A DNA stretch of 24,160 nt from Ignavibacteriales bacterium (GCA_027080245.1 JALWSN010000214.1:1-24160), one strand, 5' to 3'. Counted from the stretch's first letter, positions 1 through 8,274 are shown. Numbers and translations: made by a program. The notes: generated by a model from the letters alone, not told the origin.

Positions 1-1
1 T

Positions 2-328
2 ATAAATAATGAAGAAAAAAAGATTATTGGTCTAAGACTTAAGGAATTTGCGAATGAAAAATTTGGCTCTGTTAGTGAGCTTTCAAGAATTTTAGGATAT
101 AATGAGAATTCTTTAGCTTCATATATATATGGTAGAGCGGTGCCAGGGACAAAATTATTAAAAAAATTAAGAATGTTAGGTTGTAATACACATTATTTAT
201 TAACTGGGCAAAAATATGAAGAAGAGGTACTTTTATTTAATATCAATTCCAACTTAGAGAGGCTAAATCAAAACATTGAAAAGATAATAGAATATTTAAT
301 TGAAAACAATAACGAGGCTGAGAAATGA
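2..328 (+). CDS. XRE/Cro-CI family HTH regulator (5' truncated by window edge)
   Basis: Frame is open from base 2, upstream of the track's GTG at 140: IGLRLKEFANEKFGSVSELSRILGYNENSLASYIYGRAVPGTKLLKKLRMLGCNTHYLLTG is a typical HTH_XRE pattern. Confidence 0.75.
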   Translation: MNNEEKKIIGLRLKEFANEKFGSVSELSRILGYNENSLASYIYGRAVPGTKLLKKLRMLGCNTHYLLTGQKYEEEVLLFNINSNLERLNQNIEKIIEYLIENNNEAEK

Positions 329-558
329 GCCAAATTTCACGCAAAAAAGCAACGGTTCTTGCCTCACCGAATTATCTCTTTACGTTGAACGAGGCGGCGC
401 TCCTATTTCGCAAAAACAGAAGAGAGTTTGAACGGACTTATATCGATACCGGCAAACTCTCTTTTGTGCTTTTAAATGGACGGAAATATATCCGTAACAG
501 CGAAATCACAAGATTTTTGAACGAGAATGAATACATCGCACAAGCAGAGGAGGCTTGA
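325..558 (+). CDS. Excisionase-like (HTH_17-type) DNA-binding protein
   Basis: LFTLNEAALLF...TGKL...NGRKYIRNSEITRFL fits the winged-helix excisionase pattern; ATGA overlap with upstream gene. Confidence 0.6.
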   Translation: MSQISRKKATVLASPNYLFTLNEAALLFRKNRREFERTYIDTGKLSFVLLNGRKYIRNSEITRFLNENEYIAQAEEA

Positions 559-559
559 A

Positions 560-724
560 ATGATTGTTGCAATTCATTCGGGAAAGGATTATTCCGTTGT
601 GGAAATTAAGCACAACGGCAAATATGCTTGGGCACGTGGCAAAAGGATTTGCAGTCTGCCTTTCTTTGTGCTTTTCAAGGCAGTTATTAAGCTGATTATC
701 AACAATTACAAAAAGGAAAAATGA
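560..724 (+). CDS. Hypothetical protein
   Basis: Start re-assigned to ATG 560 (GAGGAGG at 547-553, one base after upstream stop); ATGA overlap with next gene. Confidence 0.6.
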   Translation: MIVAIHSGKDYSVVEIKHNGKYAWARGKRICSLPFFVLFKAVIKLIINNYKKEK

Positions 725-954
725 TTGTGGAAGTTCTAACTCGGCGCAAATGTTCTTCTTGCAACGGCACGGGAAAGATAGTTCCGGAATCTGTTATCGC
801 TTTCCGGCAAAAGTGGAGCGACGCACCGCCAAGGAGGCTCGTTTCGGAATTCTATCTTGAATATGGATATGATCCGAGAGAAGACGTAAAAGTTGAATGC
901 CTCCATTGCAACGGGACGGGCTATATTCAAGAATGGAGAGAGGTGGAACTATGA
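721..954 (+). CDS. Small protein with split DnaJ-type zinc-finger motifs
   Basis: CSSCNGTG and CLHCNGTG (two CxxCxGxG repeats). Confidence 0.65.
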   Translation: MIVEVLTRRKCSSCNGTGKIVPESVIAFRQKWSDAPPRRLVSEFYLEYGYDPREDVKVECLHCNGTGYIQEWREVEL

Positions 955-1067
955 CCTGCGACGTTTTAGTTTGCTTAATTCTTTTGGGAATTTTGTTCGT
1001 GCAACTTATTGTAACCGGCTATTTCGCTATCAAATTTCTAAAGGAGCTTAAAGATGAATCACGTTGA
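951..1067 (+). CDS. 38-aa single-pass membrane peptide (not in ORF track)
   Basis: Hand translation MTCDVLVCLILLGILFVQLIVTGYFAIKFLKELKDESR*; ATGA coupling to upstream stop; GAGG upstream; overlaps next start. Confidence 0.55.
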   Translation: MTCDVLVCLILLGILFVQLIVTGYFAIKFLKELKDESR

Positions 1068-1296
1068 AATTACGGCAATAAAGCGAATTTGGGGAATATT
1101 TTCCCTCGAAAAGAGATTATTGCGGGCGGGAATCAGCTTTGTGCTGGAAGGGCATCCTACATACATAATCGTAAATCGGAAATATGTTGATGATATGCTT
1201 AATCATAAGATTTTGAGTGATGAGGACGTTGACGAAATTAAGCGCTGGGAAAAGGAACATAACATCGAAATTGAATGGGTTAAATTTGAATATTAG
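1054..1296 (+). CDS. Hypothetical protein
   Basis: ORF with AAGGAG RBS in packed operon. Confidence 0.65.
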   Translation: MNHVEITAIKRIWGIFSLEKRLLRAGISFVLEGHPTYIIVNRKYVDDMLNHKILSDEDVDEIKRWEKEHNIEIEWVKFEY

Positions 1297-1304
1297 GAGG
1301 CATT

Positions 1305-1532
1305 ATGTCGGAATTTTCAAAAGCTAAAGGACAATTATCCGCTAAAATGGTGGAAATGCTGGATGCAATTGACAAATTGGAGCCCGAACGGCTTTCCATT
1401 TTCGAGATTGAGCAGGCACTTAGTCTTTGCAGTCATTTTTCGGAAGGGATTTTACGCAGAATTGTGAACCTTCAAAAAATTATTACAGACAGGAAAACAA
1501 CACGTCCGCATTTAACTTTAATGCAAAGGTAA
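1305..1532 (+). CDS. Hypothetical protein
   Basis: ORF with AGGAGG RBS at 1295-1300. Confidence 0.65.
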   Translation: MSEFSKAKGQLSAKMVEMLDAIDKLEPERLSIFEIEQALSLCSHFSEGILRRIVNLQKIITDRKTTRPHLTLMQR

Positions 1533-1565
1533 ATTTCAAAACAAAAAATTTTTGGAGATATTAAA

Positions 1566-1811
1566 ATGGACGAACAGACATTTTTAATCGTTTTACTTCC
1601 GATTGTGGCTTCTATTGCCGGTTATGCGGTTTGCTGGGAAAAGGCAAAGCGTTCGAGAGAGGAAATCTGGAAGCTCTACGAGCGCGTGGTAAATCAGAAT
1701 TTTGAGATGCGGGACAAATTGGAAAAAGCAGAATTGGAAAAGGATTTGGTTAAAGAGGAATATTTCCGCAAAGGTTTCGAGGCTAAATTAGTGGAGATTG
1801 GAAATGAGTAA
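1566..1811 (+). CDS. Hypothetical protein, N-terminal TM helix plus coiled coil
   Basis: TFLIVLLPIVASIAGYAVCW followed by E/K-rich helical segment; GGAG upstream. Confidence 0.65.
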   Translation: MDEQTFLIVLLPIVASIAGYAVCWEKAKRSREEIWKLYERVVNQNFEMRDKLEKAELEKDLVKEEYFRKGFEAKLVEIGNE

Positions 1812-1995
1812 CTTCTCTATTCTAATCGAATTTATGCTTAACCTTGCCGTTAATTTTATTAACGAGGCACTGAAAAATAACATCATTAAGGCAAATGAAT
1901 TGCAGATTATTTCGGCATCAATTGATTCGGCGGTTTCCAAGCTGTTTAAGCTCTCTGAAAAGATTGATAAGTTAATGAAAGCGCAGGTGAACTAA
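1804..1995 (+). CDS. Hypothetical protein
   Basis: ATG at 1804 with GGAG upstream, overlapping previous stop; TAATG coupling to next gene. Confidence 0.6.
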   Translation: MSNFSILIEFMLNLAVNFINEALKNNIIKANELQIISASIDSAVSKLFKLSEKIDKLMKAQVN

Positions 1996-2321
1996 TGAGC
2001 AGGTGGCATACACGATTGGAAAATACTAAGAAGCTCTTGCCTAAAGGTTGGAAGCTTAATAGTGATTTAGCCACAGAATACGGCATTCCCGCGGATGCAA
2101 TTAATTCTTTGAGGAGATTTAAGGATATTGAGAAGGCGCGGCTGAATGGGGTTTTGATTGTTAAGGTAACACCGGAGCTGATTAAGAAAATTAAGGAATA
2201 CAAAATTTACCGGAAAGAGAAAAAAGAAAAGGCTAAGAAAAAGAAGGTTTTTAAAAATAAAGGTTATTACTCTTTTGATTGGGTGAAACAGGGTCCGTGG
2301 GGATGGACGCTGAAGAATTAA
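1995..2321 (+). CDS. Basic hypothetical protein, possibly DNA-binding
   Basis: HTH-like SDLATEYGIPADAINSLRR and Lys-rich C-terminal half. Confidence 0.6.
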   Translation: MSRWHTRLENTKKLLPKGWKLNSDLATEYGIPADAINSLRRFKDIEKARLNGVLIVKVTPELIKKIKEYKIYRKEKKEKAKKKKVFKNKGYYSFDWVKQGPWGWTLKN

Positions 2322-2357
2322 AAATGAAGAATGAAGAATGAAGAATTAAAAATGAGA
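2309..2357 (+). repeat. Heptamer tandem repeat (AATGAAG/AATTAAA units, x7)
   Basis: gctgaag aattaaa aatgaag aatgaag aatgaag aattaaa aatgaga, exact 7-nt period. Confidence 0.85.
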
Positions 2358-2489
2358 AGGTTAAAATTAATAATATTGTTTTTATCAATTGTTTGGCGTA
2401 AATGGTATGATGTGAAATTAGATGATAAGAAAACAGCTCCGAGAATATCATTCAAAACAGCAATTGATGTAATAAAAATTTGGTGGTGA
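2352..2489 (+). CDS. 45-aa hypothetical protein (not in ORF track)
   Basis: Hand translation MRRLKLIILFLSIVWRKWYDVKLDDKKTAPRISFKTAIDVIKIWW* fills the gap before the initiator gene; no clear RBS. Confidence 0.45.
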   Translation: MRRLKLIILFLSIVWRKWYDVKLDDKKTAPRISFKTAIDVIKIWW

Positions 2490-2497
2490 TTTCTGAA

Positions 2498-3319
2498 ATG
2501 AAAAATAATATTGATTATTATCAGCATTTTGCTACTTCACACGAGCACCCGAAGTTTAAATTACTCCGATCGGAATATGGCTGGGCGGGCGAAGGAATGT
2601 TTTGGGCACTCAATAATGAAATAGCTAAATCGGAAAATTGTGAGTTGGACATTTCAAGAAAATTTATTCTTGCTAATTTGCTTGATTTATTCCGAATGAC
2701 AAAAGAGGATTTTGAAAAATTTTTGAATTTTTTAGTTGAAGAATGTGAGTTAATAATCAGAAATGGTGATATTATTACTACAGAAATTGTTCAAGAAAAT
2801 TTCGGAAAGGTTATTGAAAAAAGAAAAAAGAATAAATCTTTTTATGAGAAAAAATCCATTCAGAAAAATTCAGTAACTGAAAATGAAATTCAGTCAACTG
2901 AAAACGAAATTCAGTCAACTGAAAATATACAAAGTAAAGTAAAGAAAAGTAAAGTAAAAGAAAATAAAGAGTATATACAAGAAAAGAGTTTTAATTTAAA
3001 AACATCATCATCATCTAATTTAAAATTAATTAGTAATAGAAATAAAGAAAAAGAAGAAGATGATGATGATTTTCCAATAAATTCTCAAGTTCAAAATATT
3101 TGGATTAGGACAGTAGGGAAAAATCCTAATCTTGTTCAAGCGGAAGATACTCAATCTCTGCTCAGGCAATATGGGGAACGAGAAGTTCTTTCTGCTTTCC
3201 GGCAGGCTGCGAGGGCATCTCCAAAAAACATAACCGCTTACGTCAAAAAGATTTTGCAAAATGAAAAACAGGAATTAAAAAATGAAAACCCAAGAGAATT
3301 TTTCATAGTAGAGGATTAA
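2498..3319 (+). CDS. Phage replication initiator (Lin1244/Lin1753-like, DUF4373-type N-terminus)
   Basis: YYQHFATSHEHPKFKLLRSEYGWAGEGMFWAL N-terminus, central repeats, QSKVKKSKVKE linker, position upstream of helicase; ATG 2498 preferred over GTG 2480. Confidence 0.75.
   Translation: MKNNIDYYQHFATSHEHPKFKLLRSEYGWAGEGMFWALNNEIAKSENCELDISRKFILANLLDLFRMTKEDFEKFLNFLVEECELIIRNGDIITTEIVQENFGKVIEKRKKNKSFYEKKSIQKNSVTENEIQSTENEIQSTENIQSKVKKSKVKENKEYIQEKSFNLKTSSSSNLKLISNRNKEKEEDDDDFPINSQVQNIWIRTVGKNPNLVQAEDTQSLLRQYGEREVLSAFRQAARASPKNITAYVKKILQNEKQELKNENPREFFIVED
2866..2970 (+). repeat. Iteron-like repeats plus A-rich tract; putative phage replication origin
   Basis: Three 20-21 nt units aaattcagt(c)aactgaaaa at 2866, 2886, 2907, each holding the dyad TTCAGT-N1/2-ACTGAA, followed by aaagtaaagtaaagaaaagtaaagtaaaagaaaataaaga. 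Confidence 0.7.
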
Positions 3320-3320
3320 A

Positions 3321-3785
3321 ATGAGAATTCAAAAAGTAAAATACAAAAAAGGCAAAGTAGAGATTCACTATCTCTACAAACGAGAGGATAAAGAAACTGA
3401 ATTGGTTTTGCGCTCGGATGAAGAACCAATCGAGGATTTCAAAAGAGCACTTGAAGATTTGCGGGAATTTGTGGTCGAAATTTGTGAGCTCGGAAATGTT
3501 TCTCTCGAAAAAATCGATGTAACCGGAGTTTCTTTTTCTTGGTCTGGTGAAGAAGAGGCAATGGGAGCCACGATTATTGCTCAGAGAAGTTTGCAATATT
3601 CGAATGCACCATTGAATCTTGTTACTCCGCATAAGATTGAAAATATTTCCGGAAACATTGATCCTCTTCAAGAAATGAATCCGGAAATGAAAGATGCTTT
3701 GGAGGAATTGATTGCGCAAGCAAAGAATTACATCGACGGAGACAGGCGTTTCAAACAATTGGAGTTGGAATTTGAAACAGCTTGA
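3321..3785 (+). CDS. Hypothetical phage protein
   Basis: 154-aa ORF with GAGG RBS between initiator and helicase. Confidence 0.75.
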   Translation: MRIQKVKYKKGKVEIHYLYKREDKETELVLRSDEEPIEDFKRALEDLREFVVEICELGNVSLEKIDVTGVSFSWSGEEEAMGATIIAQRSLQYSNAPLNLVTPHKIENISGNIDPLQEMNPEMKDALEELIAQAKNYIDGDRRFKQLELEFETA

Positions 3786-5136
3786 GATTGACATCCTTGG
3801 CGCAATGGTTCTTAGCAAGGACATTGCAATAGATGCCGAAATGCGTTTGCGGGAAAAATATTTCGAGACGTTCGCGGCTAAACAATTGTTTCGGATTATT
3901 CTTGAGCTTTGGGCTTTGGAAATCCAACCGGATGTTGTTTCGATTTACAATGCCGTTTTGCAAAAGGAACTTGATAAGAAAATTAAAATTGAAGAAATAA
4001 CAAAAGTTACAGATGTTCTGATTACTTCAAATTATGCTTACAATTCCGCTTTATTGATTGAAAATTATTTGCGAAAATTATTGCAGGAAAAGGCAAAGAA
4101 AATCGATTTTGAAAATAAGGCTCAGGATATTTTCGAAATTTACGAGAACTACATCAATGAATTGAATCTTACTCTCAACGAGGTTAGCACAGAAGAACTG
4201 CCTACTGCAAAACAATTACTTGAGGAAGTAATTACCGAAATGGAATTGGAAAGGGAAGGGGAAATTGAACCGGCAATTTATTCGAAACAATTTCCTTCCC
4301 TCAATTACATCGACGGTTTACGGAAAGGAAATATGATGACCATTTCCGGACAGCAGAAAGCGGGGAAATCAACTTTCGGAATTGCTCTGATTGTTGACTT
4401 TGCAATTAGGCAGGGAAAGAAAGCAGCAATAATTTCGCTTGAAATGACACGGAAAGAAGTAATGCAAAAGATGATTGCGCAGGCTACACGAACTCGTTAC
4501 GGCTATCTCAGGAATCCGGCTAAGAAGAATAAGCACGGAAAGTTCAAATATTCCGACGAGCGATTTCTCGAAACAAAAGAGAAAGCCGCGAGGGAACTAT
4601 CGACTGAAGATGTTTATATTTTTGACAACTTAATGCAGGAAAGCGAAATTAGAGCAAAGATTAAGTTCTTAGTTGAGCGCAAAGGTGTTGAAATAATTAT
4701 GATTGATTACATCGGATTGATTCAAACCTCAGTAAGACGAGAGCGGCGGGATTTGGAAGTTGCTGCACTTAGCCGTGGGTTCAAGACTTTAGCGCAAAAA
4801 CTTAATTGTATTATGATTATTCTTTCTCAGGAAAATACTGAGAAGAAAATTGCCGAAAGTAAAGCGCTTGCTCGTGATTCCGATTTCTGGATTTCAATTT
4901 CGAGACCGATTGATGAATCGAATAAGGAATATGAGAAATTTATTAACCGGCACGGAGTAGAACAGGAAGTTAAGATTGACAATTCTCTATTCAAAGTTTT
5001 GATTCGTGCAAGCAGGCATTCGGCTGCCGGTGGGAAATTCTACACTTACCTAATGCCTTATGGAGAAATGGTTGAGTTGGATACTGAGCATCAATTGGAA
5101 TTGCAAGAGCCACAAAAAGAGGAGACCCCGATATGA
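3772..5136 (+). CDS. dnaB: DnaB-like (SF4) replicative helicase
   Basis: N-terminal LEIDILGAMV, Walker A-like ISGQQKAGKST, SLEM motif, Walker B-like IMIDYIGLI; start placed at TTG 3772 (GGAG at 3761-3764). Confidence 0.88.
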   Translation: MKQLEIDILGAMVLSKDIAIDAEMRLREKYFETFAAKQLFRIILELWALEIQPDVVSIYNAVLQKELDKKIKIEEITKVTDVLITSNYAYNSALLIENYLRKLLQEKAKKIDFENKAQDIFEIYENYINELNLTLNEVSTEELPTAKQLLEEVITEMELEREGEIEPAIYSKQFPSLNYIDGLRKGNMMTISGQQKAGKSTFGIALIVDFAIRQGKKAAIISLEMTRKEVMQKMIAQATRTRYGYLRNPAKKNKHGKFKYSDERFLETKEKAARELSTEDVYIFDNLMQESEIRAKIKFLVERKGVEIIMIDYIGLIQTSVRRERRDLEVAALSRGFKTLAQKLNCIMIILSQENTEKKIAESKALARDSDFWISISRPIDESNKEYEKFINRHGVEQEVKIDNSLFKVLIRASRHSAAGGKFYTYLMPYGEMVELDTEHQLELQEPQKEETPI

Positions 5137-5258
5137 TTTATTCCGGTTGGGAAGAAACAATGTTGAAACGCTTAGGAATTAAGGAAAGAAATCCGTTTGT
5201 AGTTATTAGATTATTATTAAAAATTATTGATGAATTAAAAAGAAAATTAAATAATTAA
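5133..5258 (+). CDS. 41-aa hypothetical protein (not in ORF track)
   Basis: Hand translation MIYSGWEETMLKRLGIKERNPFVVIRLLLKIIDELKRKLNN*; ATGA overlap with helicase stop; GAGGAG RBS. Confidence 0.55.
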   Translation: MIYSGWEETMLKRLGIKERNPFVVIRLLLKIIDELKRKLNN

Positions 5259-5268
5259 GGAGGAAAAA

Positions 5269-5730
5269 ATGTATAAGTTAAAAAAAGTAAAATTCGAAGA
5301 AGGAAGTGTAACTATTAATTATTTTTATTTTGTAGAAGATATGAAGATTGATTGTCAAATATCTTTTAATTACCCAGATTTTTTAAAAGAATCATATAAA
5401 CGATTCTTTGATTATTTTAAAAAAAATAATAAGGAATGTTTAATTAGATTAAAAGAAATTGAAATAACATATCCTGAAAAAGAATTAAAAAAAGAAAACA
5501 CTTCAAAAATTGTAATTGAGACCTCTTTCTTTGTTGAAAATAAAGATAAAGTTCAGATTACAACTTTCCCAATAATGTATCATCTTGATAAATATGGAAG
5601 TCCTAAACACTCTGATGATTTTTGGTTTATTTTTCAATTACTATTAGAAGATGTTTATAGTTTAATTGGTAGTTTTTATTGCGAGGCTATTAAACAAGGG
5701 GAACATTTATGTCGGCAGGAAAAAAATTAG
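5269..5730 (+). CDS. Hypothetical protein (AT-rich gene)
   Basis: AAGGAGG RBS; line 5281-5340 has 12/60 G+C by hand count. Confidence 0.7.
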   Translation: MYKLKKVKFEEGSVTINYFYFVEDMKIDCQISFNYPDFLKESYKRFFDYFKKNNKECLIRLKEIEITYPEKELKKENTSKIVIETSFFVENKDKVQITTFPIMYHLDKYGSPKHSDDFWFIFQLLLEDVYSLIGSFYCEAIKQGEHLCRQEKN

Positions 5731-6266
5731 CAAATAGTTTTAAGTTTGCAATTAAGGCAGTGGACAAGGCAAAGCTGAGTGCGCTTAATCGGGCGGCGCG
5801 CTCGGCAAGAGCCGAGGGAGTTAGGAAAGCACGAGAAATTTACAACATTAAAGCAGGAGACTTAAAAGAACAAATCCGTTTAATTCCTGCAACACGGCAA
5901 AGAAAATTTGCTTTATTGCAAGCTGTTTACAAAGGGATTTCTTTAATTAAATTCTCTGCAAGACCGACAAAACGTCCAAAGAAATACCGGACGGGTAAAA
6001 TCGGTGGAACAAAAGTAACGGTTAAGAAAGGAAAAAGAGAATTAATTCCTCACGCTTTTGTTCAAACAATTCGAGGTAAGGAAGGTGTGTTCGTGAGAAC
6101 GGGAAAGATAATACAAGGGAAAGAAACTGTTAAGAAATTATATGGTCCCTCGGCGGCGCACATATTGCACGATAAACGGGTGACCGATGCGATAGAAAAA
6201 AAATTTGTAGAGCAATTTAAGAAGGAGTTCGAGTCTAAACTCGATTATTACATCGAAAAATTTTAG
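5709..6266 (+). CDS. Minor tail protein Z (gpZ)-like tail completion protein
   Basis: ALNRAARSAR...YNIKAGDLK, HAFV...GVFVR, KLYGPS motifs; very basic, as in lambda gpZ family. Confidence 0.7.
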   Translation: MSAGKKLANSFKFAIKAVDKAKLSALNRAARSARAEGVRKAREIYNIKAGDLKEQIRLIPATRQRKFALLQAVYKGISLIKFSARPTKRPKKYRTGKIGGTKVTVKKGKRELIPHAFVQTIRGKEGVFVRTGKIIQGKETVKKLYGPSAAHILHDKRVTDAIEKKFVEQFKKEFESKLDYYIEKF

Positions 6267-6306
6267 GTTCTTTCTTTTGTTTTCAAATTCGGATGCGGTG
6301 CGATGG
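6265..6306 (+). other. Candidate lambda-like cos site (cosQ-like plus cosN-like)
   Basis: AGGTTCTTTC at 6265 resembles lambda GGGTCCTTTC; 30 nt downstream GCGGTGCGATGG aligns with lambda cohesive end GGGCGGCGACCT at 6/12 positions including GCGA; lies upstream of gpA-type terminase. Confidence 0.4.
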
Positions 6307-6377
6307 CAAAAAACGTAAAATTTTTGGAGACAATTAAAGATGTTTCGTTTCGCTAACTTATTAAGGAATAAGGACTT

Positions 6378-7745
6378 ATGCAAAACAAAGTGGCAAAACT
6401 GATTGAAATTGAGTGGGAAAAACTTCGCTGGTTGCAAGGTGAATTAAAGCAAATAAGCAAAGAAAACATCGAGAAAATAAAAAACTCCTTCCGGGAAAAC
6501 GGTTTTGTGCAGCCGTTTTTTGTATGGAAAGATGACTCTGGCGAATATTGGATTCTGGACGGGCATCACCGCATAAAAGTTTTGCGTGAACTTAAAGAAG
6601 AGGGAGCGGACGTGCCGGAAAAGTTACCGGCAATTGAAATTGAAGCCGAAAGCAGAGACGCCGCGGCTAAGTTGGTTTTGATTTATTCAAGTTCTTATGC
6701 GGAAATAACAAAAGACGGTTTGGAAAAATTTGCAAAAGATTTTGACCTTGATTTAGAATCTCTTAATAAGGAAACCGATTTAATTGGTATTGACTTGGAT
6801 AGCTTAATAATTGATTTACGCCACGGGCAATTGACAGAAGAACAATTAGATGATGCACCTTCAGTACAAGAAAAGACATTCTCTCAAACCGGTGATATTT
6901 TTTTGCTCGATAACCGGCATCGGGTTATGTGTGGAGATAGCACAAAAAAAGAGGACGTCGAAAAATTAATGGACGGTAAAAAAGCGGATATATTTTATTC
7001 GGATCCGCCTTACAATATTGGGTTAGATTATAGAAATGGAATGAGGAATACACAAGATAAATACACAAAATCAAAAATTTTTAATGATGAAAAATCCGAA
7101 ATAGAATATAAAGAATTTATCTCAAATGCATTAAGAATCGCTAAATTATTTATGAAAGAGGATGCTCATTATTTTTATTGGTGTGATGAAAAATATATTT
7201 ATTTATTTCAAGAAATATTTGCCGAAAATAATATTAAAAACGAAAGAGTTAATATTTGGATTAAAAATACCTTTAATGTTATTCCTCAGATTGCTTTTAA
7301 TAAAATTTACGAACCTTGTATTTATGGGATTACAGGAAAGCCTTATTTAAATAAAGAATTAACTAATTTTTCAGAAATATTAAACTCTGAGTTAACCGGC
7401 AAGCAAATAATAAATAAGATTTTAAATTATTTAAATATTTGGATCGAGAAAAGAGACAGAACAGATAAATACGCACATCCAACACAAAAACCAGTTCAAT
7501 TACATTACAAACCAATAAAGAGATGCTCTACAATAATGGATATTATTTTAGATTTATTTTTGGGCTCCGGTAGCACATTAATTGCCGCCGAACAAACCGG
7601 GCGTGTTTGTTACGGAATGGAAATAGACCCGCATTTTATTGATGTTATTTTAAGACGCTACAAAAAATTATATCCTGACGCTGAAATAAAATGCCTTAAC
7701 AGAGAGTTTGATTTCGGAAAATTATTCGAGGGATTGAATGGCTGA
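6378..7745 (+). CDS. ParB-like domain fused to beta-class N6/N4 DNA methyltransferase
   Basis: N-terminal SFRENGFVQP...ILDGHHR (ParB/Srx); catalytic DPPY precedes HPTQKP and SAM-binding LDLFLGSGST. Confidence 0.92.
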   Translation: MQNKVAKLIEIEWEKLRWLQGELKQISKENIEKIKNSFRENGFVQPFFVWKDDSGEYWILDGHHRIKVLRELKEEGADVPEKLPAIEIEAESRDAAAKLVLIYSSSYAEITKDGLEKFAKDFDLDLESLNKETDLIGIDLDSLIIDLRHGQLTEEQLDDAPSVQEKTFSQTGDIFLLDNRHRVMCGDSTKKEDVEKLMDGKKADIFYSDPPYNIGLDYRNGMRNTQDKYTKSKIFNDEKSEIEYKEFISNALRIAKLFMKEDAHYFYWCDEKYIYLFQEIFAENNIKNERVNIWIKNTFNVIPQIAFNKIYEPCIYGITGKPYLNKELTNFSEILNSELTGKQIINKILNYLNIWIEKRDRTDKYAHPTQKPVQLHYKPIKRCSTIMDIILDLFLGSGSTLIAAEQTGRVCYGMEIDPHFIDVILRRYKKLYPDAEIKCLNREFDFGKLFEGLNG

Positions 7746-8274
7746 AACCAAACTCATTGACGTTCATACTCTTGCTCAATTCTGGGGTGTAGATGTTCGC
7801 ACGGTGCAGAATTATGCTGACGCTCGTTACGCACAACCTCCACTTCCGAGAGAGGCGCGCGGGAAATATGATTTCGTCAAAGCAATGAAATGGATGTATG
7901 AATACCAAAAAAAGAAAATAGAGGTATTAGAAACTTCCGGCGACGAAAAACTCCACGCACTCCGAATGCGCGGGCAAATAATTAAGAATAAAAAAGACGA
8001 AATTGCACTTAAGCGGGAGCTTGGGCAATTGCTCGATAAGAAAACGACATTGATTGCTTGGACGAACCAAATCAATGTGATTAAGAATTATCTTAATAGT
8101 CTCAAATATGACCTTACCCGAGACCTTGAGGATATTGTTGGCAAGGATGTTTTCACTCTGATGAAAGAAATAATCGAGCAAAACATTGACCGGATAATGG
8201 AAATAATTTCCAATCTTGAAATTGAGAAATATGTAATTGATGAAGAAAAACTATTGGAAGAAGAAGATAAATGA
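7738..8274 (+). CDS. terS: Terminase small subunit (Nu1-like)
   Basis: N-terminal wHTH LAQFWGVDVRTVQNY, coiled-coil middle, immediately upstream of large subunit. Confidence 0.8.
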   Translation: MAETKLIDVHTLAQFWGVDVRTVQNYADARYAQPPLPREARGKYDFVKAMKWMYEYQKKKIEVLETSGDEKLHALRMRGQIIKNKKDEIALKRELGQLLDKKTTLIAWTNQINVIKNYLNSLKYDLTRDLEDIVGKDVFTLMKEIIEQNIDRIMEIISNLEIEKYVIDEEKLLEEEDK

